Below are positions 9,975-20,078 of a DNA stretch of 64,000 nucleotides, in pieces. Every line of letters begins with the position of its first letter. Within the stretch, counting starts at the first letter, position 1. The translations under genes were made by a program, and so were the position numbers. The notes beneath the pieces are model-generated. The model was not told the DNA's origin. It made no database searches and was given only the letters and a program-made list of their open reading frames with translations. Source of the stretch: an uncultured virus (IMG/VR IMGVR_UViG_3300028588_000812) (Duplodnaviria > Heunggongvirae > Uroviricota > Caudoviricetes); IMG/VR virus record IMGVR_UViG_3300028588_000812; one strand, written 5' to 3'.

Positions 9975-10175
9975 TTACATGCCATTCTTCTGTAGTTCAA
10001 GCTCAATACCTTCACGGAGACTTTCATCGCCATGAAGCACGTAACTTAAAGCACTTTTGGTAATGTTAGACCATTTTTCCCAACCTGGCTCATTTTGTTT
10101 TGCATTAGCTAGATTGTAAAGACGTTCTAAACGTTTTCTTTCTTCGGAGTTAAGCATTTTTATAGTGTCGCCCAC
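9975..10175 (-). CDS. Hypothetical protein
   Basis: ORF in operon. Confidence 0.65.
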   Translation of the reverse strand: MGDTIKMLNSEERKRLERLYNLANAKQNEPGWEKWSNITKSALSYVLHGDESLREGIELELQKNGM

Positions 10176-10507
10176 CTAAGAATTTCGGAAGCAAATTTAA
10201 TTCGTTCTTGATTGATAGCCATATTGAATGAGTCGCCTTCGTGACTAACAAAGCTATATTGGCGAACTGTCCACAAAACCTCTTTTATGAGAACGCTCAT
10301 GCTATCTTCTTCGCTTGCGTCTTCGATAGCTGTCAAATAGTGACCAGCTTCGGTTTTGCGAATACTTGCTTTCATATAATCAATATTCACATATGTAGGA
10401 ATAAAATCTTGTTCTTTTACACCTAGATTATGATTTGCATGCCTTGATAAGAAATGCAAAATTGATTTGGCATCGCGTAATTCTAAGTCAATACTTAAAT
10501 TACTCAT
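10160..10507 (-). CDS. Hypothetical protein (start trimmed to MSNLSI)
   Basis: GAGG SD; longer ORF overlaps RNase P RNA. Confidence 0.7.
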   Translation of the reverse strand: MSNLSIDLELRDAKSILHFLSRHANHNLGVKEQDFIPTYVNIDYMKASIRKTEAGHYLTAIEDASEEDSMSVLIKEVLWTVRQYSFVSHEGDSFNMAINQERIKFASEILRWATL

Positions 10508-10534
10508 TTTCCTCATTCTTGTAAAGTTAAATAG

Positions 10535-10771
10535 AGAGCAAACCTGTAAGCCGGGTTTTGTCATTTAAGACTATCATCTATCTAAGCCACCTACCCGTTT
10601 TTCATAGGGGTGCAAGTCCCTCAAACTGTTTGGTGTTGCTGAATCCCTCACCTTGCTTTTTAAGTTAGGCTTAGTGGTACGAACGACAACTCTAGGTTAT
10701 CTCCCACACGGTACTTGCACAACAGCCCGGACTTTCCTCAATCTTACGACCGCGATAGTCCAGCTTGCTCT
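10535..10771 (-). ncRNA. rnpB: RNase P RNA, compact (about 240 nt)
   Basis: GAGGAAAGTCCGGGC (CR-I), AGATAGATGAT (CR-IV), ACAAAACCCGGCTTAC (CR-V), P1 AGAGCAAGC/GTTTGCTCT. Confidence 0.92.
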
Positions 10772-10781
10772 GTATATAACT

Positions 10782-10810
10782 AGATTAACACATTTAATCT
10801 ATCTTGTCAA
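10782..10810 (-). promoter_or_regulatory. Promoter for RNase P RNA
   Basis: TTGACA-N17-TAATCT just upstream of the RNA 5' end. Confidence 0.7.
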
Positions 10811-10993
10811 CTAAAACATGAATGGCCCATAACCGAAGCTATGAGCCATTCATTACAGAAAACCGAGTTCCTATTTTCGAGAAACCCCCAAGAATAATAG
10901 CGCTATTCTTCTTGGACAACCATGATACACATATGTTGCTCGTGTAACAGAGAGTTGGGTGTTTATTCTTTAAACAAACCTAAGTTTGTTTTG

Positions 10994-11066
10994 CTCCCCC
11001 ACCTGGACTCGAACCAAGAACCCACAAGTTAACAGCTTGTTGCTCTACCAATTGAGCTACAGGGGA
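10994..11066 (-). tRNA. tRNA-Asn(GTT)
   Basis: Cloverleaf. Confidence 0.95.
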
Positions 11067-11116
11067 ATATGTTTTCTAACTATTGTTAGTCTAACATATT
11101 ATCGGCATAAAAGCAA

Positions 11117-11701
11117 TTAGAAAAGAGCTTTTTCTTTATGTAGATTGTTAATCATTTCATGGACACTAGGAATAACAAGATTATCAAACATTTCTCCGGT
11201 CACTACTCTATTACGAACTAAAGTTGAGCTAATATCTAAACATTCAATGTCAAGCTTAGTGATATGTTTAATTTTTTCATTTACATCAAAACCTGTTCTG
11301 TTGACAGCGATAATGTTTGCATTGTCAACAATCCAATCCCCTTGGTGCCATTCATGCATTGTTTGAGTTGAATCTGCACCAAATACCCAATAAAACTCGC
11401 GGTCAGGATATAAAGATGCTAATTCTTGCATTGTGTCATACGTTTCAATAGCAACAGGTCTAAACAATTCTAAATCTTTGATTTGAATTAAATTAGTCAA
11501 ATTATCATCTTGACGCATTGCTTCTAAGAAACCTAAACGAACGTCAAGAGGAACAGAAATTGTTTTATCAGTACGGTTTCCACTGGGAAGTAACCATACT
11601 TCTCCATCCATTTGTTCTGCTAAGTCAGTGCAAGCAGAAAGGATAGATTGGTGAGCTACTGTAGGCGGATTAAAAGCTCCCCCATAAATTATAGTTTTCA
11701 A
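11117..11701 (-). CDS. nadD: Nicotinate/nicotinamide-nucleotide adenylyltransferase
   Basis: GGAFNPPTVAH, FGADS, ISSTLVR motifs; TTG start with AAGGA SD. Confidence 0.9.
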   Translation of the reverse strand: MKTIIYGGAFNPPTVAHQSILSACTDLAEQMDGEVWLLPSGNRTDKTISVPLDVRLGFLEAMRQDDNLTNLIQIKDLELFRPVAIETYDTMQELASLYPDREFYWVFGADSTQTMHEWHQGDWIVDNANIIAVNRTGFDVNEKIKHITKLDIECLDISSTLVRNRVVTGEMFDNLVIPSVHEMINNLHKEKALF

Positions 11702-11852
11702 CCAATCTATCCTTTCTTATAAAGATTATGCGCTAGGTGTTTTGATTTCTTATAGTGGTTCAAAAGAATAAACCTCGATAGACAACATAGTTCATAAGTT
11801 CACTTAGCGCTTTCAACCTAGCTATGTTGTTCGTTACTATTTTAGCACACTT

Positions 11853-12629
11853 TTAAGCTTTTGGTGACTTAAAAGTCTTACTGACGAAAATTTCTTCATA
11901 CATAGGTTCTTTAGAATATTGATTATAAAAAGGATTTTCTGTCCAAGCGTAAAGGTCAGAAATCATAAGACCTTCGCTGTAGGCATCTTCATCCCAATTA
12001 TCACCGAATAAGGCATATTGGTAATACTCTCCAAGGTGCCCTTTGTAAACAATGACATCATCTTTACTTAAAATTGTGTCATATGTAGGAATAATATTTG
12101 CATCATCTTTTAAGAACTCTACGTTATCAACTAGCGTAGGTGAATGGTAATTGAAAAGCTCTGTCAGTTCTTCAATACTTGCAATGCTAACTTTGTTGTC
12201 ATGGAACACCGAACCATTTAGAAGGCTTTTGTCGACAGTGACAGTCACAGAACCTTCTATACTATCTTTATCCCAACCAGAAATTTTGTAATGAACAATA
12301 TTACCTAACTCTACAGGTAAATCGCCAACATACATTTGTTGTTTTACCTGTGAAATTTGTTTATATTTTTCTGTTTTTAGGCTTTCATCAATAAATTCAT
12401 CCATATAATGGAAAACATTGTAGCCATATTGTTCTAAGTATTTATTTTCATACTCATCTTTAAACTCATCAAAAGTTTTATTGTGAACAATATCCCATAA
12501 GTCACGATAAAGGCGAAGTAAAAAATATAGATAGTCTGGTGGACTTTCTTGATTTTCTCTAGCATAAGATGAGCATGCTCTTGCATAACCATCTGTAAGG
12601 TCTGCTAATTTTTCTATAAATTTTTCCAA
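11853..12629 (-). CDS. Hypothetical protein
   Basis: 258 aa ORF. Confidence 0.75.
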   Translation of the reverse strand: MEKFIEKLADLTDGYARACSSYARENQESPPDYLYFLLRLYRDLWDIVHNKTFDEFKDEYENKYLEQYGYNVFHYMDEFIDESLKTEKYKQISQVKQQMYVGDLPVELGNIVHYKISGWDKDSIEGSVTVTVDKSLLNGSVFHDNKVSIASIEELTELFNYHSPTLVDNVEFLKDDANIIPTYDTILSKDDVIVYKGHLGEYYQYALFGDNWDEDAYSEGLMISDLYAWTENPFYNQYSKEPMYEEIFVSKTFKSPKA

Positions 12630-12706
12630 AACAAAATCCCTTTAAAAGTGTAAACCAAGTTTAACATAAATGTCTATGGTTTGCAATCTTTCAAAGGGAC
12701 TACTTG

Positions 12707-12781
12707 AGGTGACGGTGGGATTCGAACCCACGGTTGTACGGTTTTGCAGACCGTTTCCTTGGGCCACTCGGACACGCCACC
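12707..12781 (-). tRNA. tRNA-Cys(GCA)
   Basis: Cloverleaf, U73. Confidence 0.92.
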
Positions 12782-12878
12782 AAGGTTGTTTGCTACATTT
12801 ATATACTAACATACTTATAGTCAAAATGCAACTAAAAAGGCGACATAAAGAAAAATCCTTATATCGCCTTTTATTTTG

Positions 12879-12952
12879 TTGCGGGAGAGGGATTTGAACC
12901 CCCGGCCTCTAGATTATGAGCCTAGCGAGCTACCGAACTGCTCCACCCCGCT
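12879..12952 (-). tRNA. tRNA-Met(CAT), initiator-like
   Basis: 1:72 mismatch, fMet-type D arm. Confidence 0.88.
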
Positions 12953-12993
12953 GTACAATATATATTATCGGCAGATGTGGAACAAAATAAGCT

Positions 12994-13206
12994 CTAGTTC
13001 TTAATCTTTTTGTTTTTATTCTTCTTTTTATTCTTTTTGCGGTACTTTTCAGACTTTTCCGCTTCAATAGCTCTCATCATAGGTGAAACTGGTGTTTGGC
13101 CAGCATAAAATAGTCGCCATTGTTCGCGGCATACATGACATTCTTTAAAGAAAAAGACTGTACGCTTTTTATTCTTACAAGTTTCGCAAAGTTTACGTTT
13201 CAACAT
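12994..13206 (-). CDS. Small basic CxxC-CxxC protein
   Basis: CETC...CHVC; AAGGAG SD. Confidence 0.7.
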   Translation of the reverse strand: MLKRKLCETCKNKKRTVFFFKECHVCREQWRLFYAGQTPVSPMMRAIEAEKSEKYRKKNKKKNKNKKIKN

Positions 13207-13249
13207 AAATTCTCCTTTGCTAATACATCTAGTATATCACACAAATCTT

Positions 13250-14113
13250 CTATTTCAAAGGAACATGAATATCAGAATAAATTCCGTAATGGTCGCTTAC
13301 TTCACGAGCATCATTATATTTTTTATCTCCAAAACGCTCAAAGCTAGTTGGGTAGCCTGGACGGCCATAACACCATTCGTAACTAAAAATATAATCAATT
13401 CTACGAGTAGGAAGCTCTAAATGGTTGTGGATACCAACAAGCTTTGCAGTGTGTGCGCCCCAATAAGTATCTGGGTCTGATGTAGACCAGTTATCTTCAT
13501 TACCATGTAGTTTCCATGCGTCAATCCATAAAGTAGATTCCTGTTTTAAGTTGGTATCTAAACCAGTTAAATAACGAACTGTGGAAGACTGCTCTATAGC
13601 ATTTAAATCTCCACCAAGAAGAATGATACATTCAGGGTCTTCGTGTCTCAAATTATCAGCATATTCGCTAAGAAGAGTTGCTTGACGAATTCTATTTCCT
13701 TCGTTCTTGCCTCCCCAAGAAAAATGAGCGCTCATAGCATAAACGTTCCTATTATTGTATTGGAAATGAGCTATGACAGCAGGAATGATTTCGCTTTTTG
13801 CCAAAATATCGTCATTTGTGAAATCAAAATTAGTATATGTAATAGGAACTATTTTTGAAAAGATAGCGTTTCCATTAAAACCGCCCCTGCGGTTATCTAA
13901 TGTGCCACCATAAGAGCAACTAGTAAACCCTAGCTCAAATAAAGCTGCTTCAAGTTCTTCATGTACATCATCAAGGATTTCTTGTAAAGCAAAAATTTGA
14001 ATATCTTTATCTTTAATTTCTTCAACTAAAGATTGTACTCGTAAACTAAAATTTTCTTTCTTGTTTAAAAAATTTAAAGTAGCAAAACGTAAATTGTTAT
14101 TTATCTCATTCAT
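13250..14113 (-). CDS. Endonuclease/exonuclease/phosphatase (EEP) family protein
   Basis: TLN, ALQE, GGDLN, RIDYIF, SDH motifs. Confidence 0.9.
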   Translation of the reverse strand: MNEINNNLRFATLNFLNKKENFSLRVQSLVEEIKDKDIQIFALQEILDDVHEELEAALFELGFTSCSYGGTLDNRRGGFNGNAIFSKIVPITYTNFDFTNDDILAKSEIIPAVIAHFQYNNRNVYAMSAHFSWGGKNEGNRIRQATLLSEYADNLRHEDPECIILLGGDLNAIEQSSTVRYLTGLDTNLKQESTLWIDAWKLHGNEDNWSTSDPDTYWGAHTAKLVGIHNHLELPTRRIDYIFSYEWCYGRPGYPTSFERFGDKKYNDAREVSDHYGIYSDIHVPLK

Positions 14114-14596
14114 CTTAATATATAAGTAACGGGAACGTAAATAAGATTAAAGTTGAAGAGGTTCCGTAGCTTTTGTTCCTTCAACATGTTCACTTGAAAT
14201 CCTTATTCATAGGAATGATTTTTGTACGCCGTCGCCACATTTGTCAGATTTTAACTGCATTTTCAAGTAACCTTCACTCTGGTTATATATTCACTGTATC
14301 ACAGGCTTATAGGAAATACAAGTGCACAAAAGAAAACTAGCCGCCTCTCTTTAACAGAGAAAAACGGCTAGTCGTGATAGTTATATTATAACAGGCTATT
14401 GTAGAAAAAACAAGTTTTTTGCACTTTTTGCGGCAAAAAAGAACTGGTTACCCTTCTAACTTAGAAAAGTAACCAGTCGTATTATTTATATTCTAACATA
14501 AGGAATACAAAAACCGCAACTATTTACATAGTTACGGTTTTTAAGTGGAGCCGAGCGGGCGGAAGTAAGCTCTTCCGGCTTTTCCCTTACTCGACA

Positions 14597-14673
14597 TGGA
14601 GCCTCCTGTCAGATTCGAACTGACGACCCTCGCTTTACAAGAGCGATGCTCTGGCCAACTGAGCTAAGAAGGC
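14597..14673 (-). tRNA. tRNA-Thr(TGT)
   Basis: Cloverleaf, CCA encoded. Confidence 0.95.
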
Positions 14674-14905
14674 GTAAAGTTTTTGTCTGCTAGTTACCCA
14701 ACAGGTTTGTTCTCTATCCCCCCGAGAATTACCCGAGACAAGTTATTGGTTAATATAACTTCCTACCTTTGCTAAAATTTAGCTGTTTTTCTCAAAACAT
14801 AGTTAACCAATATCTAAAAGGTGATTTGTACCTAGAGAGGACCATTTAAGAATACGTCCTAAATGTTCTTCATAGGTTTATACAAAGGCATGACCCTTTG
14901 TATTG

Positions 14906-14979
14906 AGCCGCTTGTCAGATTCGAACTGACGACCCTCGCTTTACAAGAGCGACGCTCTGGCCAACTGAGCTAAAGCGGC
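14906..14979 (-). tRNA. tRNA-Thr(TGT)
   Basis: Cloverleaf. Confidence 0.95.
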
Positions 14980-15015
14980 AAATGTGCACTTTATTTCTAA
15001 AGCCACACACTATGT

Positions 15016-15044
15016 AGTATACATGAATTTTGTTTATTTGTCAA
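15016..15044 (-). promoter_or_regulatory. Sigma70/SigA-type promoter
   Basis: TTGACA-N17-TATACT. Confidence 0.75.
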
Positions 15045-15130
15045 CATGCAAGCCGGTACCTTGTCCGACTATACTTTTATTATATCATACATCTGAACCA
15101 AAAATAACCACTTTTTGGTAAAACTTCAAA

Positions 15131-16459
15131 TTAAATGCTATAACGGTATTTCTTTTGCTTATAAGCTTTCAAACGATTGTAGTTTTCAATGCTCTTAGTC
15201 ATTTCATTATCGGCTTGCATAGCAGGTAAACCGTCAATAAACTTAGAGAAAGCTGCACGAATATCTGCTGGAACAGCACCCCTGTTGAACCTAGAGTTAA
15301 TTTCCCCTAATCTCCATCTATTATTTACAAGAGTAAGAGAACCGTTATAGATTTCTCCATTACGGTGAACACGGTAAAGTACGTATTTACCATCTTCCAT
15401 ACGGTTTTTGTAAGACCAAGTACAGTTTCCCATGTAAGTTCTATTAGCAGCAAGGTCTGTAGCTGTTTTTACAACTTCAAGCTTTGCAACGTTCGCAAGG
15501 TCTTTACCATCTGTAGATAAAATAGAGTTAGGGAAAGGAAAGTTAGCCCCACCATAGAAAGTAATGTTAGGGAACAACGCTGAGAACGATTTAGGTTTCT
15601 CAGGGAAATCAAACTCAATCTCATTTTTCAATGTAATTAAGTTATCAATCAAGCTTCCAACAGGGCTTTCAGGGCGCTCATCAATTTCTAGCCACTTAAT
15701 ATGAGAAGCAAGCAAAGCGATATCAGGGTCTACAACTTTACCTTTAAGCAAAGCGTTGTTGTAGTTAGTTAAAGCTTCACGAATATCATTATTTTCTTTC
15801 AAACGAGAAATTTGGTGAACGTTTGCTGGGTTAAAGGTAAGGCTGAACTTAGAGAAAGCTTCAATAAGGTCTTTTTCTGGTAACAATTCATTTTCAGCAA
15901 AAACAAAATTATCAGCATCTTCCAATTGTGGGTTAACAATACCAGTTGTTAAGTCCCACCAACGACCTTTATGAGACTCAACCCATAAACTGTATGCTAG
16001 CTTTTCGCGTCTTTCATCGTTAAAGCTAGAAAGAATTTTACCTAACTTATGTGAAAGTTGCAAAGTGTAACGAGCAGGTGCATACGCTGTTTCAACTTCA
16101 TTCATAGCAGTAAACAAGCGAGCTAATCTATCAGGCTCTAGCAATGGAGATAAAGCTGCAATATATGCAGCTAACTCAACTGCATGATGATATTTGCCCT
16201 CTGTAGTTAAAGCAGTATTTAATGCACGAATAACATTTTTAGTTGTACGTGTTGGACCACTCCAATTGAACAGACCCGCTGCAACGTCACGCAAGTTAAC
16301 CTGATGCTCAATCATTTTTTCAGGTGAACTGTTAGCAAGCAAATCAATAGCAGCACGAGCTTTAGCGGTAGGCAAAAGATTAGCGGACTTTACCTCTTTA
16401 TTTTGTTCAACGCCAACTAAAGAAAGCGCATTACGAATAGCAAATAAGCTATCACTCAT
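15131..16459 (-). CDS. Hypothetical protein with possible PcfJ-like C-terminal domain
   Basis: MGNCTWSY...EINSRFN resembles PcfJ-like motif. Confidence 0.6.
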   Translation of the reverse strand: MSDSLFAIRNALSLVGVEQNKEVKSANLLPTAKARAAIDLLANSSPEKMIEHQVNLRDVAAGLFNWSGPTRTTKNVIRALNTALTTEGKYHHAVELAAYIAALSPLLEPDRLARLFTAMNEVETAYAPARYTLQLSHKLGKILSSFNDERREKLAYSLWVESHKGRWWDLTTGIVNPQLEDADNFVFAENELLPEKDLIEAFSKFSLTFNPANVHQISRLKENNDIREALTNYNNALLKGKVVDPDIALLASHIKWLEIDERPESPVGSLIDNLITLKNEIEFDFPEKPKSFSALFPNITFYGGANFPFPNSILSTDGKDLANVAKLEVVKTATDLAANRTYMGNCTWSYKNRMEDGKYVLYRVHRNGEIYNGSLTLVNNRWRLGEINSRFNRGAVPADIRAAFSKFIDGLPAMQADNEMTKSIENYNRLKAYKQKKYRYSI

Positions 16460-16477
16460 AATATTAAAACCTAACTA

Positions 16478-17287
16478 TTAAAGGAAGTTGACGTTACCAA
16501 CAGCTTGAACGCGACCAAGACCAGGGAATACGTGGATACCCTTGTAAACGGCAACATTGTAAGCTAATGTTTTAAGCATGTTTTTGTTTTCTTCTGCAAC
16601 AATGAATACAGCATCTTTTGTAGAAGCTTGTTCTGTATCTTGGATACGACGAAGGTAGATATCACCAATACGCTTTAAGTTTTCGCTGATTGGATGCTCA
16701 ATGATAGCTTTTGTGTCCTCTTCAGTAAGCTCTTGACCATCTAAACGTGAATAACGTACTGTAACAAGGTTCTCTGGGATACGCTCTTCGCCGTTTTCTT
16801 CTTCAAGGTCAGCAATCAAAGCTTCTGCTTCATCTGCGCTTTCATCAAAGTTTCCAACTTCAACAAGTTCACCGTTTTCATTTGGTACTAGACCAGCAAC
16901 AGGAATTCCACCATTTTCAAGAATTTGTTGTGCTGTTTCCTCATCAAAGTTATCTTCAATAAGATTACGGTAGTTTTCTTCTGACATGTTTTCAGGGACA
17001 ACAAGAGGTACAACTTCTGCTTCACCAAAAATATCAGCTAAGTCAGGGTTGGCATCAAGAATTTCTCTGAAATTGGTTGGCTCAACAGGCGCATGAGTTA
17101 CTGCGGGAGCAGCAGCAAATGGGTCAGCCGCACCATTCGCAAGTCTATCTTGAAGCTTCTCTAATTCAGTAAGAGTAGAGCTTAGGATAGCAATAAGTGG
17201 TTTGTTGTCAGGGTGGTTGATTTCCGTTTCAATACGAATTGTGCGGATTTGAGAGGCGACTAGATCGGTATGCAATTTTTCGTTCAT
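16478..17287 (-). CDS. Acidic hypothetical protein
   Basis: 269 aa ORF with strong codon bias. Confidence 0.8.
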   Translation of the reverse strand: MNEKLHTDLVASQIRTIRIETEINHPDNKPLIAILSSTLTELEKLQDRLANGAADPFAAAPAVTHAPVEPTNFREILDANPDLADIFGEAEVVPLVVPENMSEENYRNLIEDNFDEETAQQILENGGIPVAGLVPNENGELVEVGNFDESADEAEALIADLEEENGEERIPENLVTVRYSRLDGQELTEEDTKAIIEHPISENLKRIGDIYLRRIQDTEQASTKDAVFIVAEENKNMLKTLAYNVAVYKGIHVFPGLGRVQAVGNVNFL

Positions 17288-17378
17288 ACATTAATTTTAG
17301 CACATTTATTTCATACGCGCAATACTTGCAAAATATTGATTTCTATAGTAAACTAGTATTACACAAGGAGAAACTATA

Positions 17379-20024
17379 TTGTCTGATTACAAACACCCAA
17401 CCAAACTACTATTCGAAGTAGAGGATACTGACCGACCATTATCACGCTTGCTTAATGAAGCTATCATCCAAGCTGAATGGGGAGTATCACCCGAACTTAA
17501 TGCTCTATTCGAGAAGCATGAATTTACCCAACGAGGTCGTACCAGTTGGGCAATTTCTACACGTAATAACGGTGGAAAAATTCGTGCATGGCTTAAAGAA
17601 TACGTAGACAACTTCCTACCTAATACTCTTGTTTCTTCTATGGAAATGGGACGCGAAGTTGATTTTGATTATGATGCGGCATGGAGAAGTTACAATCGCT
17701 ACATGGCTGGCACTAATCATACTGCACTTCAAGGAACACGTTTCCTACGTGTTCTTGAAGGTATACAAGACTTTACCATGCCTCAGTTTAAGAAAGACCG
17801 AGACTATGACGCTTTAGGGGCAGCTTACCATCGTTCTGGTGACCGTTTCAAGAAATACTTCAGCTTAGGTGCTGTTGCTGTTGAAATTAAAAAAGATATT
17901 CTATGGGTTCGTCTAGTTCCTGCTGAAAGTATCAAGAAGTTTGGAAACATTATCAAACTTCCACGTGAAACAGGTGCAGGTTATACAACTCCTGTTGCTT
18001 TGCAACCTCGTAAAGTTGTTAAACTACTTAAAGACCTATCGTTCCTTCCAACAGAAGCAGTCATTGACGAACGCAGCGACGACGTACTACCTTTACTTGA
18101 ACAAACCAAAAAAGTAATTACAGTAGGTTATGCACCAAATGAACCTGCTACAGTACAAATTTGCCGTGGCGAAAATGTTGAAGTTGGTCGCACAAGCCGT
18201 CTAAGTAAGTACAAAGTTAATGTTGAATCCAAAATTCCTTTGTCAGATGTTTTAAACTTACAAACTAAGAACAAAAACATTGACTTTGTTATTCACGAAG
18301 GTCTAACTGACATCGTAAACATGGTTAACTCTGAGCCTTATGAGGGTGAACCTCGTCTACGTGAATACCAAAAAGAGGCCGTTGGTTTACATCTTGCAAC
18401 CAAAATTGGTTACCTTCAAACTTGTTCACCAGGCATGGGTAAAACTGTTATTCAACTTACAGCTATGCGTGTAAAAGCAACCCAAAAAGCTGCTTACCGT
18501 GGTTTAGTTGTTTGTGAAGCTAACGTTCGCACCCAATGGTCCGAAGAAGCAGAAAAGTGGTTCCCAGAAGCCAAAGTATTTGTTCTTCGTAAAGGTACAG
18601 ATGACGAAGCATTAATTGAAGCACTTTCTTCAACGGAACCTGTAATCATCATTATGTCTTACAGCCACACATTGCTAGCAAACGAAATCAAAGAAAACCG
18701 TAAGGCTATCGTTGACGAACTTGCTACAATGAAATTTGCTGACAAAATGAAAGCATTACAAGATGCACCAGTTGAAGAACTAACTGTAGGTTCAATGTTA
18801 CTTGACAGCAAATGGGATGACATTTGTGCTGACGAAGCTATGATTATTCGTAACGGTAGCTCAAAACAAGCACAAATTCTTTGGGACTTACGTAAAAACA
18901 GTAGCGTTGCTACAGCGTTAACTGCTACACCAATCAACAAATCTCCTAATGACATTGGACGTTTGATTGCTTGGGTTCGTAATGACAAGAACTTGTTTAC
19001 TGGTCAACCTTTGGATGAACGTTACGATACAACTTCTGTATCAGGTGCAACTAAGTTGTTCAAAATTTTTGGACCATTAGTGTTCCGTCGTGACATTTCA
19101 GAAATTGCTGATGAGCTACCAGAAGCTAAACCTTCTGTTATGCTTCTAAAGCCTTCACCTGCTGAAAAAGCTTTGGTTAACGCTGCTGAGCGTGAGCTAA
19201 AGCGTTGCTACCTTGAACTTGTTGCTGCGTTAGAAGAAATTGAACAAACTAACAAAGCTGATAAAGAAGATATTGCTAAAGCCAAAGAGCAACTACGTGC
19301 TGCTAATGGAGCATGGCTTGGTGGTACACAGCTAGCTCGTATGGCTACAAGTGACCCATCAGCGCTATTATCTTCTGAGTCAACTGGTGCAGCTTTACTT
19401 GCTGGTCAAGGTCTTATCCAAGCTGCTATGGTAGAAGAACCAACCAAGCGAGCAGAGTTCATGCGTCAAGTTCAAGAGCGTATCGCTCGTGGTGAACAAG
19501 TTGTAGCATTCACCGAATTCGCTACAGTAGCAACAACTCTTGTTCAGGCTTTACAGGACAACGGTATTAACGCTAAAGCTTACACTGGTAAAAACGGTAC
19601 AACACGTGACCGTGCTAGAAAAGAATTCCAAGAGGGTCAACTTGATGTGTTAGTTTGCACACAAGCTGGTGAACGTGGTTTGACACTCCACAAAGCCGCT
19701 GCAATCTACCACTACGACCTACCTTGGACACTAGAGAAGATTATTCAAAGAACAGGACGAGGAATTCGTATTGGTTCTGAGAATAAAACATGTGAAATTG
19801 TGTTCCTTGTTATGGAGGGAACAGTTGAACAGCGCATGGCTTCTCGCCTTGTCCAACTTGGTGTTTCTTCTTCTCTTGTTCTAGACAACTCTAGAGGAAT
19901 TGACCTTAAACAAACTGACACAGCAAACGCTATGGGCGGTTTGATTACAGTTATGAGCAGCAAGAGCGACAGCAAGAACCTTATTGATTTCGGTAAGATG
20001 CTTCTTGAAGATGTAGCAGCGTAA
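17379..20024 (+). CDS. SF2 / SNF2-family helicase
   Basis: PGMGKT, CADEA, LTATP, GERGLTL, QRTGRGIR; AAGGAG SD with TTG start. Confidence 0.92.
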   Translation: MSDYKHPTKLLFEVEDTDRPLSRLLNEAIIQAEWGVSPELNALFEKHEFTQRGRTSWAISTRNNGGKIRAWLKEYVDNFLPNTLVSSMEMGREVDFDYDAAWRSYNRYMAGTNHTALQGTRFLRVLEGIQDFTMPQFKKDRDYDALGAAYHRSGDRFKKYFSLGAVAVEIKKDILWVRLVPAESIKKFGNIIKLPRETGAGYTTPVALQPRKVVKLLKDLSFLPTEAVIDERSDDVLPLLEQTKKVITVGYAPNEPATVQICRGENVEVGRTSRLSKYKVNVESKIPLSDVLNLQTKNKNIDFVIHEGLTDIVNMVNSEPYEGEPRLREYQKEAVGLHLATKIGYLQTCSPGMGKTVIQLTAMRVKATQKAAYRGLVVCEANVRTQWSEEAEKWFPEAKVFVLRKGTDDEALIEALSSTEPVIIIMSYSHTLLANEIKENRKAIVDELATMKFADKMKALQDAPVEELTVGSMLLDSKWDDICADEAMIIRNGSSKQAQILWDLRKNSSVATALTATPINKSPNDIGRLIAWVRNDKNLFTGQPLDERYDTTSVSGATKLFKIFGPLVFRRDISEIADELPEAKPSVMLLKPSPAEKALVNAAERELKRCYLELVAALEEIEQTNKADKEDIAKAKEQLRAANGAWLGGTQLARMATSDPSALLSSESTGAALLAGQGLIQAAMVEEPTKRAEFMRQVQERIARGEQVVAFTEFATVATTLVQALQDNGINAKAYTGKNGTTRDRARKEFQEGQLDVLVCTQAGERGLTLHKAAAIYHYDLPWTLEKIIQRTGRGIRIGSENKTCEIVFLVMEGTVEQRMASRLVQLGVSSSLVLDNSRGIDLKQTDTANAMGGLITVMSSKSDSKNLIDFGKMLLEDVAA

Positions 20025-20041
20025 ACTACGCTATAAAAATT

Positions 20042-20068
20042 AGGGCCAGTCATTTTGACTGGCCCTAA
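20042..20068. terminator. Bidirectional intrinsic terminator
   Basis: Perfect hairpin AGGGCCAGTCA/TGACTGGCCCT between convergent genes. Confidence 0.8.
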
Positions 20069-20078
20069 TTTTGTTTAT

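Noticed and set aside
14830..14850. Sarcin-ricin loop-like GTACCTAGAGAGGACC
   Set aside because: It is on the non-transcribed strand and matches AGTACGAGAGGACC imperfectly; likely chance.
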